Assembly: GCA_030141605.1 (NCBI GenBank)
Contig: JAQGDQ010000010.1
Span: 868,001-932,000 of the forward strand
Reading direction: 5' to 3'
Length of the DNA stretch: 64,000 bases
DNA from: Tubiluchus corallicola
Taxonomy: Eukaryota > Animalia > Priapulida
The translations under genes and the position numbers were made by a program. The first letter of the stretch is position 1, and each line of letters opens with the position of its first letter. A model generated the notes under the pieces. That model worked only from the letters and a program-made list of their open reading frames with translations. It had not been told where the DNA came from and searched no databases. Of the stretch, positions 41,039 to 55,143 are shown in pieces.

Positions 41039-41125
41039 CTGGTGAACTGATGTTGGGCAGATTCCTTTATCTTGCCGCGGAAGATATGAAAGTGCAGCCA
41101 TACGTGGCCCCTGTTCCGTTTTATA
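41039..41125 (-). promoter_or_regulatory. Putative TATA box and non-coding first exon of paralogue C
   Basis: TATAAAA at 41125-41119; donor CAG|gtgaga at 41039, about 640 nt upstream of the ATG exon. Confidence 0.45.
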
Positions 41126-44100
41126 CCCTGGATGGCAAAACATAGCAATTAGCTGTAAACTCTTACAATGCAAAGTTGCCGAAGTGTTTGTAAGTCTGGG
41201 ATGTCCGTGTTGAGGGAAGTATGCCAAGGTCTACACACCGCTAATTTCAAGTCTCTGTTATTGTCAGAATTTTACGCTGTCTGCAGATGATTTCACCACG
41301 GGCGATCAGTTCAACATGCAATTACAGAAATGCCAGTCCGTTAATTCTGGAGTTCAGGTTAGCGGTTCCCGTTACGTAAAGTGTTTTATTAATAAACGCC
41401 TCGCTGACCGACCTTTTCAGCAGCAGTTCTCTATGCGGCCAGATTCGTACATCAACAGAACTTTCAGTGATCAGAAAACATAGTAGTAATCCCTGAGAAC
41501 CACAAATTTCTCTATGTTTTCGTTTTTTCAATTCTTTCTCTTCTGTCAAATTTTCCTTCTCACTTTCTACTAAGTTTTACTTTTCGTTAGCATGTGCGCT
41601 GTCTAGTGCAGTGTGCTGTTATCAAAACTTCCACAAAATTATATAATACATAAAAAATCGAGGAATCAACATTGAACTCTGAAGAAGTTTTTATTTTGCA
41701 GAAAGTAGAAACCTCGTGTTCACACTTTTCTCTGGCTTGTTTTGTTTCCGCTTTTCACACGTTAAGCTGACAGTCACTCAAGCTGACTGACAGCTTAAAT
41801 TGCCTAAAGTAAAAACTAATCAATCGTATGCTAGAATCAATTACATTATTCCCCGTGTAAGCTCAAACTTTATCTAATTCTAGCTTTTAGCTTCAAAATT
41901 CAAAATGTCTCAAGGAAATTTGGAAATTTTGTACTGACAAGCCCTAGGCAATGTCCAACATGATTTCTGGTGGGAACTTATTTTGAGAGTACGCTTCGAT
42001 AATTTAGATAAACTGCGTAAAGTTCCTAACTGCGTCGCTATAGTGAACTTGACGCGAGATGCTGATTCTGTTTCATCTTCGTCATCATCATTCTCATCAT
42101 CATCATCGTCATCATCATCATCACATCAAGGCTGAATAATTTACAACTAAAACGAGATATAACACTTGGACAACATGTAACAGCGTGTGAAAATTTGGTG
42201 GGGCAGTGGCGTGGAGTACTTATTTGTATGACTCCTTGACATACAAAAATTTGTTTTTAATAAATTTTTTGTTAATTTTTGCTTAAAATAATAACGACTA
42301 ATGCTTTAAGATATGACTACTAAGATGCTAATTTAGTGGCAGTTGAAATCAGTTATAATTTACTAGTAGTATTCGTTTGCTATTCTTTTCGTGTCTGCGC
42401 CCCTTGAGGCAAAGTTAGTAAACTTTTGTTAAATTGCAAAAGAATAAGCTATTGTCAGTACGGCCTTTCTTTTATATGGCAGCTTTTAAGTTACAAGTAG
42501 TTGCAACACGGTAACGCAGCGTATTATAATTGTCCTAGAAGTCGTTTGTCAGACTTCAGCTTATTTTTCAGACGCTTGTTTGGTTTGTTTCAAGGTTTGT
42601 TATACAAATTTAACAAAAAGTTCTCAAGCGGCACACTAATAAAAAACGTACTTTCTTGCACATCTTCGTTGCAAGACTTTGCATAATATCTCACAAAGGA
42701 TTGGGGAAACCAATTATGGTAAAAAAGTACTAGTAACAACATGTCTAAAAGGACTACAGATAACAATATAAATATCTTTCAGAAACCCGGGAATGTGTTT
42801 CTGTCATAATAATCGTTAGGTTTCGAAAAAATGGTATTAAAGTATGAATATAACTTTATTCTTTAAAATTATAATTTTTGCCGTGTAACTCTGTAACATG
42901 TACAAGTGTTGATGCATTTTTTACTTTTTCTAATTTGTCTTTATTGTAATTTAAAGATCTGGTATACAAATAAAATGCTATTTTAGTCTAGAAATTTTCA
43001 TCACACGTCGAACACACATAGCAGATCAAAATTATCAACTGTCTGCTAAGACAAATGTATGACAACAAGTACGTAGGAAACACGGATTTTTGCATTAATT
43101 TCTCTAATTGAAAACACACAATGAGAGCGCTGAAATAACCTTAGAAATTTGTCACATTTTATTTAGATTAACTGTTACTTTTAGATATGGGGCTGCACTG
43201 CAGATATCTGATACCCAAAACCAGGAAAGAAAAGAAAAATTATATTGAAAGACATAAAAAACGAACTTGACGCTGATAAAAAGATTAAGACAGAATGAAA
43301 TAAAATGATGTCCATTATAGAGTCCCAAAACAGATAAGAACAGGGACAAGAACAGCAAGGCAAATCTGACGGCTATAGTTATGAAGACGTAGTAACAATA
43401 TTCTTTCTCATATAAATTTTTTCCTTTAATTTTTTTGTTAGTTTTGAACTTATTTCTTTTGCATTGCAAGCTGTTCGCGCGTAAAGTGGTTTCTTGCAAA
43501 CAAAGGTCAACCATTTCTCTAATTAATATCTTTAATGGCATTTACATGTGTCTGAGTTAAAAAGAAAAGACTTAGCGTATGTTCTAGCAAGCCTAGTAGC
43601 TTTAGAACCAGTTCTACGACAGTTTAGCAGTACTTTAATGCGTTTATCATTGTGTAATTAGGTTAAACTGGTAATCTAAGGTTAACTATGATACATTTTT
43701 GTGCACGTAACTTCTTCTCCGGTATCTGAGGTAAAGATACAAAAAAACAAATGTATTGTCAGTTTTAACAGTAATTCATTTTAGTCCTTTGCAATTAAAA
43801 ATGCGTTTAAACAAGTTCATTCAATTCCAATTCGCATAGAAAGTCAGACGTCATATCCGGTTTAGTTTTTGGTACAATTTCTTATACTTAACAGCGCTTT
43901 TTAACAGACTTTCGTATACATGTACATTTCCAACTAACAAGGATTACCAGAATTTCAGTAAGAATTTATCATTATTATATTGATTTTAACTAACAATCAA
44001 TTGAATAATAATCATATAATTCCGCATTACCTATATTCTACAGAAATTTTTTCTAATCTACATTTATGAGCTTTTAGGTCTAGAAAGAAGAAATTGTGAA

Positions 44101-44512
44101 ATTGAGTTTCATCTAAACTTTTGGCAAGGTTATTAAATATCTGGAAAATAATACCATACAAATTGCAGAACGTTACGTACTTTTGCAGTTTTACTGCACG
44201 ATTTTAAATAAAGTAACAGTTTGTTGCAGTTAAGCACAATTATTGGATATACAGCAACAATTAACTTGCAAAAGACATGTTATGAAATGAAAGTTTCACA
44301 TCTTTATAGACAGGATAGATTCTGCGTGTAGAAAACATCAACTGACAGATTCGATCTCAGTGTCAATGTCACGGCTTTGTTAGTATGACTACTATATAGT
44401 ACTGTATTTGCTTCACTTTAACCAAGCTAAGCAAACTATTTGCATCACATTTCACAAACTGTTTATTTTCAGAATAAGACGCGTTTGAGGAGTTGACAGT
44501 GGCGTAAAGTTC

Positions 44513-47500
44513 CTATTGGCCTCCGCTCTTTATGCGCAGGAACTGGGAGATCTTGGCAGCGCTCTCGAAGCTCTTGATCTCGAAAATGTTCGTTGGATCA
44601 CTAGACATGCATTCCAACTCTTCTTTCCGCACGTTGGGGGTGATACCAAAAGCATAGACTTCAATACCTAGTGATAAAAAATAGATGAAATTCCTAATTT
44701 CTTTGACGCACTTTAAGCTACGTTGGTCTTAAAGACAGCCGTGAAGCAAATTTCTTACATTAGAGCCAATGATCAGCGCATGCGTAAATAGGACCACTGA
44801 AAAGTGTTAGCAAACTAATCAGGTTTTAGTCTTGGGGATCTTGGGTGTCTCCTTTATAATTTGATTCAGTTAATTTGGTAGATTAATTTTAAATAACTGA
44901 TAAAATTACAAAACTAAAGTTTAACTTTTGAGCGTTGGTAGTTAAGTAATAGCAAAACAAAAGTTTCACAAGCCGTCGCTAAGTTAAAGACATCGTTATT
45001 AATACTTTAGTAAATGTAATAACGACCTCGCTAATTTAGTGACGGCTTGTAAAGCGGCCCCAAAGCATTTGACGTTTATATGCTCCTCAATTTTATTAGT
45101 TAGGACTTCGTTAGCTTGTAGTAATTAATCAATCAAACAATAAGTGAATAAATCGACTGACTAATCAATCAAAAAATCTTTCAGTCAGCCATTAAGCCAG
45201 TTAACAAAGAACAGAAGAACCAGTTTACCTTCTGCTTTGACCTCCGCTGCCTTTGCACAAGTTCGCTCTCCGTTGTTGGAGAAACCGTCAGTAATGACCA
45301 TAATCACTTTCTTGGCGTATACCCTACCATCCCGCATGACTTGCAAACCAAAATCTAAGCCCGTATCCGTAGCCGTTGAGCCCTTTTCTGAAAAATCCAA
45401 TTATTCAGACATCGTTTACACAGGAATACTGAATATAGGCGAATTCTTTCTGCACCGATTCCCTGAACAAGATCAGGCATCGCTGAATTATTTAGACCAA
45501 ACTGTCATTACTCGCATTAAGAAATGTAACTCATTTAACGATGTTAGTGAGACGTCCTTTACACGACTTCAGTTTTTTTAAAATAGTTTTCATTTTTTCA
45601 CTGTCAGTCAAAGTTCTACCCATACAGTGTAACTGTTATCCTGTTGCCACTGCTTTAGAAATATTGCTTGAAAAAATCGTTGAAATGTCCAATTCGTACT
45701 GTCGTTATTGGCATTAGAACTACCATTTTTACTACTGCTGTCATGTTTTGCCAAGAGTCACTGTCATTTATTGATGTCGTCCACACTGTCGCCATCATCA
45801 AGACTGAATCTTGTCAGTGTGTTAGGAAATAATATTTGTCACTAATTTTAACTGTAATTATTTTAGCTGTCATTATTGGACAAATCAGCTTCAAAAAAGG
45901 CGCTTTTTGCATTTTATTTTGCAAGCTTCAAATAACTAAAGTGAAAAATCCGAAGCTATGACGTCCATTAAGTCCTCTCCAATGGCTTCAATGCACATGT
46001 ACGCCAAAAACGCAGTATAATAAAAAAAATTGTAGTATTTTGCTCACGATTAGAAGTTGTACCAGTTTTAGTTCTAAGAGTGTCAGCCGCTTAGGCGTGT
46101 TAAGTAAGAAAAACATCGCTATCCTGTCACTAAATAGTAGATAATGAAATCCGTTTATATATTCTAATCCGTTTAAATATCCGTTTATATATTCTAATCC
46201 GTTTAAATATACTCTTACTACAAATTAAGAATTTGTATCATTGTATAAACTAATTTTTTCACTCACTGTATTTAATTCCTATCATTTCAGCTTTGATAGC
46301 GTCTATTTGGTTTCTTCCAGCAAGCTCATCACTGAGGTAGTTGAATTCAACGCCAGTTTTAGCCCTGGTGGAGAAAGTAACAACACCCAACCGAAGACCG
46401 AAAGGTCCAAATCCATTATCGAAATCCAGGTAGTCCATCAAGTCCTATAACAAGAAGTTCTTGTTTCAATTTACAGTATCTATATATACATTTTTGGAAA
46501 GGATTTTATAAAAACCTAAATGAAAACGAACTGTATCTCTATATTTAAGCCAAGTAACAAGATTTTAGGGTAAACGGGGTTCACCACGTTTGGTGATATT
46601 ATAACAACCACAGTTTCCAGACAGAGATGGACCAATAGACAGACAGACAGAGAACTCGCGAACAGACAGACGGAGTAAACTCACGTTCAAGAAGCTAATA
46701 GCAATGGCGTAATTGTCTGCCCCAATACTTCCGCTGCTATCAATAACCAAGACCAGATCAACAGGCACACCCAGGGACAGATCCACGAAGCCGGAGTTGA
46801 TATACTGAGTCAGAACCGGATGTGGATTGTTAACCTTGACCAAGAACTCACTTTCAATTTTCAAGGCTATGTCTGACTCCTCCACGTCCAAGGTGAGTGC
46901 CGCTGGTGGTAACAGGCAGGTGGCTAAAAAATAAAATATTTTCTTTCACTCTTTAAGCAAATAAAAAATAAATTGGTGTTATCACTCCTATCAATGGTCA
47001 ATTTAAAAAGTGTAAAACTGGCAGACAACAGAACAAAAGCAAAGCCAAAAAACTGTTTAAAAAATTCAAAATTGAGAAAATGTCTCAACAAAAAATTCCC
47101 TATGTATGACTGACTGACTACCTGACTGACTGGCTGGCTGGCTGACTGACTGACTGACTGACTGACTGACTGACTGACTGACTGACTGACTGACTGACTG
47201 ACTGACTGACTGACTGACTGACTGACTGACTGACTGACTGACTGACTGACTGACTGACTGACTGAATAAATGAAGGAATGAATGGATGGATGAATAAACG
47301 AATGAATGAATGAATGAATGAATGAATGAATGAATGAATGAATGAATGAATGAATGAATGAATGAATGAATGAATGAATGAATGAATGAATGAATGAATG
47401 AATTGGGCGGATACTTTACCTGGATCTGTTCTCAGATTCTGCGTAGCTATTGCATTATCAACAATATTTGGCACTGCTGCTATATAATCATTTAAGGTGA

Positions 47501-50500
47501 CGCCCAACGTCATATCGAAGTCTGTAAGTTGCCCAGTAAATCCTCGAACAGCAAATTTGATGGTGACATCGGCGCCATCTATACCAACAAGGTCAGCCTA
47601 CCAACAAGAATGTGTAAACTGTTAAATTACTTTGCAGAAAGCCAAGGTTAACATAAAACGTAATCATCATTATCATCTTCATCAAGTCTTCATCTTCAGT
47701 AGCTTAACAAGTAGCGACATCAACAGTGGTAATAACGACAATGGCGGAAAGTGCAGCAGCGTTACCCGGCGAAAACAGCAGCGTAGCGACAAGAAAGATA
47801 TCGATGAGGCTGTTCTTTAAATTAGGACTTGTATTATTGCCAAACAGATGGCCTATCAACAAAATGGTGCTCTTTCTTGGTATTATATGAAAGTTCATTT
47901 TAAACAGTGATTTTTGCTCAATAAGTAACTTTCCCGTGAAAGAGTATGCGAAAACGAGACCCATTACAGTATTAAAGACAGTAACTGTCTAGGGGACTAT
48001 CAGAATTAGCACTTTTGATACTTCACTACACAGAAATAAAAGCAGTAACTTTTCGTTGTAACCTGCAGACAAAATAGCCGCATCTTCACTATATTTATGA
48101 GTATCACTATATCAATACCTGTCTTCCATTAAAACACAAATCTAAACGCAGATACCGCTGTTTGTCTTTGTGAGAAACTTACGTGGGTCGCATAATTGTT
48201 AAGCTAACATGGTAAAGAGCAATGTCTGCCAGGCAATAGGTTGTATCCTTTTAATTTTATTTATAAACAAACGGCTTGGATTCTCTTTTAGCGCAATGGC
48301 AGTCAATTATATATGCAAGGCAGTACTGTGCTTTCCACTTTTAATGATTGAGTTTCTTTTGCAACAAAAATGGTAAAGAAAGTATAATGAATTCATCATG
48401 TGAAGTTGAATGAATTCATGATGTGTAGGGCAGTTGCTAGAGAGCGCATTTTATTAGATATTAATACAAATCAAAATTGTCCGAATTATAAATAACTGTT
48501 ATTTGACTAATGATACAACTCACTCCTTCTACAGATAAAGCAAGGTTTCCACTGAAGACAGCCTGCAGATTGGCTTCAGCTTTTTCAAGAGCACATTCAG
48601 CTTCTGGCAGTGCAGGACAATCTACAGAAAAATGGAATCTGTATAATAATGAAGAACTAAACAGATTCTACTATACTGGATGGCATCATTAGATATCTTC
48701 GTAGCAAGTCTGTCTTGTAAACCTATGTCGTGCGCTTCAAGATACTAAAATCTAATAATACTTACTTCTTAACTTGAAGACAAGAAAAGCATTTACTTAA
48801 ATAAAGATGAAAAAAATTGTATCAGTTATATGCTGGTTTTCTACCCACAGAACTTATTATTAGGCGCAGGCATTTTAACGGACATTTTATGAATAAGAAA
48901 TTTAAGCACGTTTAAATAACTTTACATAATTTTTTCATGTCGCACGCTTTACTAACTAGGCAAAAGTAATTGCTTTATCTATATGATTAAAGAAATTTTT
49001 GGTGAATACTGCGATAGCGAAACGGTGACGTTTTACCACCTGACGCGAACATTTTAAATTACTAAAAATTTTCTTTTCCAGTTACTTAAGTCTTTCGGGC
49101 AGGTGAGCGTAATATTAAATGATATAACTTCGTACGAAAACTTTTTGAGATATACTTCAAAATTGCCATTTCTTCTTCTGACGATCCCTGTGTAGGGAAG
49201 ATTTCTAAACTAAATATTTAAAGGTACTTCTGGAATACATGATTTAACAGCTTAACATAAAATTGACAATTCAAGTCAGCTCACTTGGATCAAAAATTAG
49301 TGGTCCAGGAATAACTCTAGGTGGAGCACCACCAGAACACGCTTCTCTACAGTCAGGATGGTGGAAGAAATAACGACCTATAAAAATAAAAATGAAATTT
49401 AAAGATTTCAAAATTAAAAAGAAGCCATTCATCATACAATCCTAATCTAATAAACACATGACATGAACTACTAGACATGAAAGTTCGAAAAACTTTTGCA
49501 CCTCCACAGTTACGTCAACCTAGGCCTTCTAGTTTTAGGGGTAGTTATGCTATCAGCTACATGTGACTCAGACTTCAAGCTCATATATTTTACTACTAAG
49601 TCGTCCTTTTTAACATTATAAAAAGTGTGTAAACTGCGGAGGAATTTCTGCAGTTTGAATTTCTCGTCATCTTAAATTCGTTTGAAATTGTTTAGCTCTT
49701 TTTCACCCCTATGCCAGAACATTTTGTTAGCCATTATTTATAATTAATTAGTCTTTTCTTCTCTGGATAAGCTTACTAGAATAATCTTTCAATTTAATGC
49801 TTTTGAAATAAAGCAAACAACAACATTTGATGTTCACAAAGTGCTTCAATCTTGCAAGCCCTGTAACTGAAACGTATATTAAAACATTAAGTTACTGAAA
49901 CCTGAAACTACAACTGATTGCATCTATGTTTATAAATCGCAGAAATAGATAATACCGCAGTTTAAAACGCGAGTAACTAAAACTGGACATACATCTATCG
50001 GGTATGGAACTTCTTGAAGCACTGAAGCCCTGCATCTCTGGTTTGCAGTTGGGCTTCGAAGCTCGAACGCTGCCACCTTCTTCAATGACTACCCCACATT
50101 GTCTGTTTACTTGAGTGAGCACATCAAACCAAGAATCAGCATCATTAACCATTGATTCAGCAAGATTCTGAAGTCGTCCTTCGTCCAAGTCTGCAAACAA
50201 CACAAATCAATATTTCATTTAAAGCAGAGGCATTGAAAGTAATAGAAATTGTTGACTGGAAAAGACCATCTTTGACCCAGTACTAGTAAGATATAATCAA
50301 TAATTCATTTGATTTTATAAGGGCAATTTATTTCTTAAACTAATACTGCAGCAAAGGATTACTTACTACATTTTTGTGTGTATTCGCTTACACAAGCACA
50401 AGTTCAAAATAATACATTTTTAAACGTATTATGCACCGTCTACTAATGAAAATGGTCCCACAGTACTGGTGAATGGTGAGTTCGTCCTGGGATGGGTGGC

Positions 50501-51563
50501 CGAGTGTTTAGATTTCGGACGACAATGACGCAGTCTTGAGTTCGAGGCTAGCGGCCAACACCAGCTAGAGCATATACCCTACGTGTTATTCGTTATTTGT
50601 GTGCTGCGTCGCTAAATAGCCGTTAGTGCTAATGTTGGCTGTTAAATGAGCGACGGTAAGCAAATGTTGTCTCATCTTTGTCTTTTGTTTTTGTAATTAT
50701 TTGAGCCTGTATGTAGTGCAAATACAGTTTAAATATGTATAAAATATAGATCACACGCCAGATTAAGCGGTGTGTCAAGCCTGGAATTTGTTTAGAGCAA
50801 AATGATACTAAAACTTCTAGCTAGTTATTTCTATTAATTTATTAGCTGTAGACGTTATAGGTAACCCGTCAGCTCCGACAAATATAAATTTCTGCCTCCC
50901 TGTCACTTTCACTATCAATTTATTAGCGGAGACGAGAATTGCCTAGAAATTAGAACTGAAAACGACCGGATGTCCACAAACTCTTAACAAGTGTTTCCTC
51001 TTGTAATATGTATAATTTTGAATCGCCTTTGGGATATTTCTCAATATTAACAAAGATTTTGTTTTCATTCTTTCCTTGAGCAGCCTTGACATGTTACGGC
51101 TGACAATAACACTTGCGTGTAGCCTTTGCAGCTTGCTTTGTTTATCCGCCAAGAAGCTTTAAAAGTGCCGTTCGAGTTTACCAAAGCAAACGTGAAAACT
51201 TATAAACATGCCGTCCTAAGTAGTTATTCTTCACACGTTCTTATCCCAGGTGGAACACTCGAACCTCCTCTTTGTTAATTGATAATATAACAATAACAGT
51301 TTGCGCTATAGTAAATGAGAATTCGTTTGTCCAGACTGCCATGGCCACCAAAGACGTTAAAATTACAGGATTGGACAGGGCAAGGATCAGGCCTTTGCTC
51401 GAATTTCATGAATTATTCCACTGTCGTATATGGTCATTCCTCGTGCTTTTAACTTATAAAACTACTAAAATACATTTACTTTAATACATATACAACACAA
51501 GGATCAAACTGAAAAAAATTTATTAATTAGGTTCAGCTACCATCTATTTCCAAAGAGAGAGAC

Positions 51564-51626
<63 letters not shown>

Positions 51627-52249
51627 CAGAGAGAGCGGGGGGAATAAATAAATCTTTTATTTTACATTATATTTACAGAATGTAAGACCATTCTAATTGC
51701 AGGGTAAGCTGACAAAAACTTTACAAACTATATCAAACACGTCCGAACTGTGAGGTAAAGTTAGTAACACGAAAGTGGAAAATTTATTGATAAGTTCCCG
51801 AATAGAAGGAGAGAGAATAATACCAATTATACAGTATTGATTAGTACTAGTCATATAAGTAAGAACAACATTTAGCAAAATCATTCACCCATTTTATGCT
51901 TACCACAGTGAGTTAATGCAGTGCGTCCGTATGTCAAAGCTGTTCCTGTTGAACAGTCTTCCGTAAAAGCATTAGCGGCATGTCCAGTTGGATCACAGAG
52001 GCACCTGAACCAGCGAAGGAGCTCAGTGACTGCTTGCGTCCTACCAGCCGCTGTGTCCAGACTCATGGCTTCTTTCAACCTGGGGCAGTTGGGAATGCCC
52101 CAGTCCAGCATGAGAGCTGTACAAACAAATTCACTTAATTCACTCCCTTTACTTTTATGCTTCGTATGCATTTTTATATTGGTTATATATATCTGTGTGT
52201 GCGTGCGTGTGTGTGTGTATGCACATATATATATATATATTTATTTATT

Positions 52250-52287
<38 letters not shown>

Positions 52288-55057
52288 ACATTTATTAAAA
52301 AATGTTAATAAACCATCGTAAAAAAGTATATGCATATGTATAAATTCAAAATGAATTATGCTTTAATAAGCTAAAAATGCATACCGGCACATTTGAGAAC
52401 AATGTTAAAAACTGTACTGTGTTAAGTATTGTTACTAGTCTTTAAATAGACTAGTAATAAATTAAGCACGTTCGCGTTCTGCCAAAAAATTGATACATAT
52501 TTGACAGGAATTGTACATTTGCAATTTAAAAAACACCCTTTTATTGAGAAAACAAATTGTGACATTTCTCTATTTAATAGCCGAAGTGAGATCTGCAGGT
52601 TATTATTTTTTCATAGTGGCATTTTTGTTTCAAAAATACTTTTTAAAATTTTTAAATTTAATACTAGGTGAAGCCCTCTTAGTCAGTGTCATGCATAACG
52701 TTCAAGTAATAGTGACTTAATATGATGTCTGTAGTTTCTTATTTCAAAATTTTGTAAATACAGTAACCTAGTGCAGAGTGAAAATAAGCACGAGTTGGAT
52801 TGCTAGCATATGAGTCACAGCAATGCAGATGATTTATAGTTGTCGTCTGGAGTATGAAGTTAAGCAAAGCCTAATCTGATCAGTAAAATGATTGGTAACT
52901 GTCGTGAAAATTGCTTCTAGAAAATTCATTCACCACATAGCCCTAGCTACATATACGGTGATATACCTAACAGAGAGAGTATCTGGGTGTAGCTAAGATA
53001 CTTTTGTCGGTTCAGTACCTCATAATAATGGGTTATCATTGATAATAAGATACGTTCCGGTTCTGCCAACAAATTCGGCAAGCCGCTCGGCTGAACTCAT
53101 GATTGTGGCCGGTAGGTTGCCAATTTAGGAAAATTTTATATGAAATGAGATATTTACTTACCACAGCGTTTAATATGGTACATTGTTTTCTTCTCTATAC
53201 AGTTTCGACACAACTCTGGATCACCTGCCTGGAAATGGTAATAACAATAAAATTAGTATGTCAGTGTTTGAATCTATTTTGAGAAACGCAAAATATCATT
53301 ACAAATTCATGTAAAGAAAAGAAAATGAAAAACGATAATAAATTACCACTGAAGGCAAAGAAAAACAATAAATTAAACAACTCGACAAAGGACAGGAAAA
53401 AATGTACGACAAGAAAAAGAATTTTGTGACTAAATTAATTCAAAAACATTAGAAGACAAAACAATTACTGGAATCGCTGAGCACATGCTAAAGACGTCAA
53501 ATATTAGTACTTGTAAAATATGTTTGCATCAGTTGGAACAATCCTGGACCCAGTTTGACAAAGCTGTCACTAACTTAACGATGTCGCTATTAATAGTTAA
53601 GTGAATTTAATAACGACGTTAACTTAGTGAAACCGGGCCCCAGCTCTGTTACTGTGTTCATAACAAATCAGTCATTTGATGTTGCACTTGCAGTACTTAA
53701 GAGAGCCTGACACCATAAATGTTAATCACAAATACTAACCTGTTAAAGAAGTTGCTTTATCAACGCTTTTTTGTCTTTTTGGAACTACTAATCAGTCCCA
53801 ATAGTCTATATTGTTATTCATGATTTGTTCAAAAAGTTATGTGTTCTTACCCCATCGCCAGTTCCAGGTATGATTGTTGACGGACCACGAGTAGTACATC
53901 CCTCCCGAATTCTTGCAATGTTAGCCGTGTGATCTTCTATCTCTTCCTCAAGAAGTGTAATGATTCTTTCTTCGGCAAGATCTCCCAATTCTGAAAGTCA
54001 AAAAATCTCTTTTGAATATGAGGAGCACCAATTTTTAAAGATATGTACAAATAGGCCTAATCGTTACCATGGCAATCAAGTTTAACTTCATGTTTCTCTT
54101 CATTAGTAGTTCCACAATAATTATGTAAATCTAGTTAAGGACATTATTTCTGCAATAACAGCAACAGTTACTGTATTCCCGACTACTAATGTATTTTCGG
54201 AGAATCGCGTAACTTGGGTCATCGCTTTCTGATTTGGGACTATTAGATCACTTGCTTACGTGTACTTGTAAGCAAACGATCTAATAGTCTCAAACCAGAA
54301 AGGGATGGCCCAAATTATCTCCGCAAATCCTCGAAGACATTCCGAACGTACATAAAATGATAATTATTAAAACATTAACAACGTAAGCCTAATGACCAAT
54401 TTCGAGTTTGATGGTTATCCAGGTTTATTTTTCAAGAGAAGAGAAAAAAGAAAAAGTTATGCGTCTCATAATTAACAAGAGGTTGATTTATGCAGGAAAA
54501 ATTATATAACTTTGATCTGTCAGAAAGCACTTTCGAAGGAAGCAAACTGGTAAGTATTGGTAGGCTTAATAAGTTGTAAAGCAAAAATACTGATATGAAA
54601 TACTTTTACAAAGCACTGCGTAATAATTACTATAATAATACGTTTATTACTGTTTCCTCAACTCGATGATTTAAAAATATTATTCATGTTTTAAAAATGA
54701 AAGTTTTTTAAATAAGTTGCAATGTTGAATGGTGAAGAGGCAGTGGCTGAAAGGGAGTATGTTTAGTACTGTACCGTAAAGCCTTTGAGGTGGACCATTT
54801 ACGTGTTGGCTTTATGGGTTGCTCTGGGATACTCAGAAATGCTGATATAATAAATAGTAAGTTTTTACATACTAAGTAGGCAAAATAAAAGCACAAGTGA
54901 ATTTACTTTTACTACGATAATAGCAGTTGCGACGGCGCCCAAAACGATTAAATTTTCTAAGTAAAATCTGATCGGAGATCCGAAGTTAAATGGATACAAT
55001 AAATGTTCAACTGTTTAATCGCCCAAGTCAAAAGTACCTACGCATGTATGTCATCAT

Positions 55058-55143
<86 letters not shown>

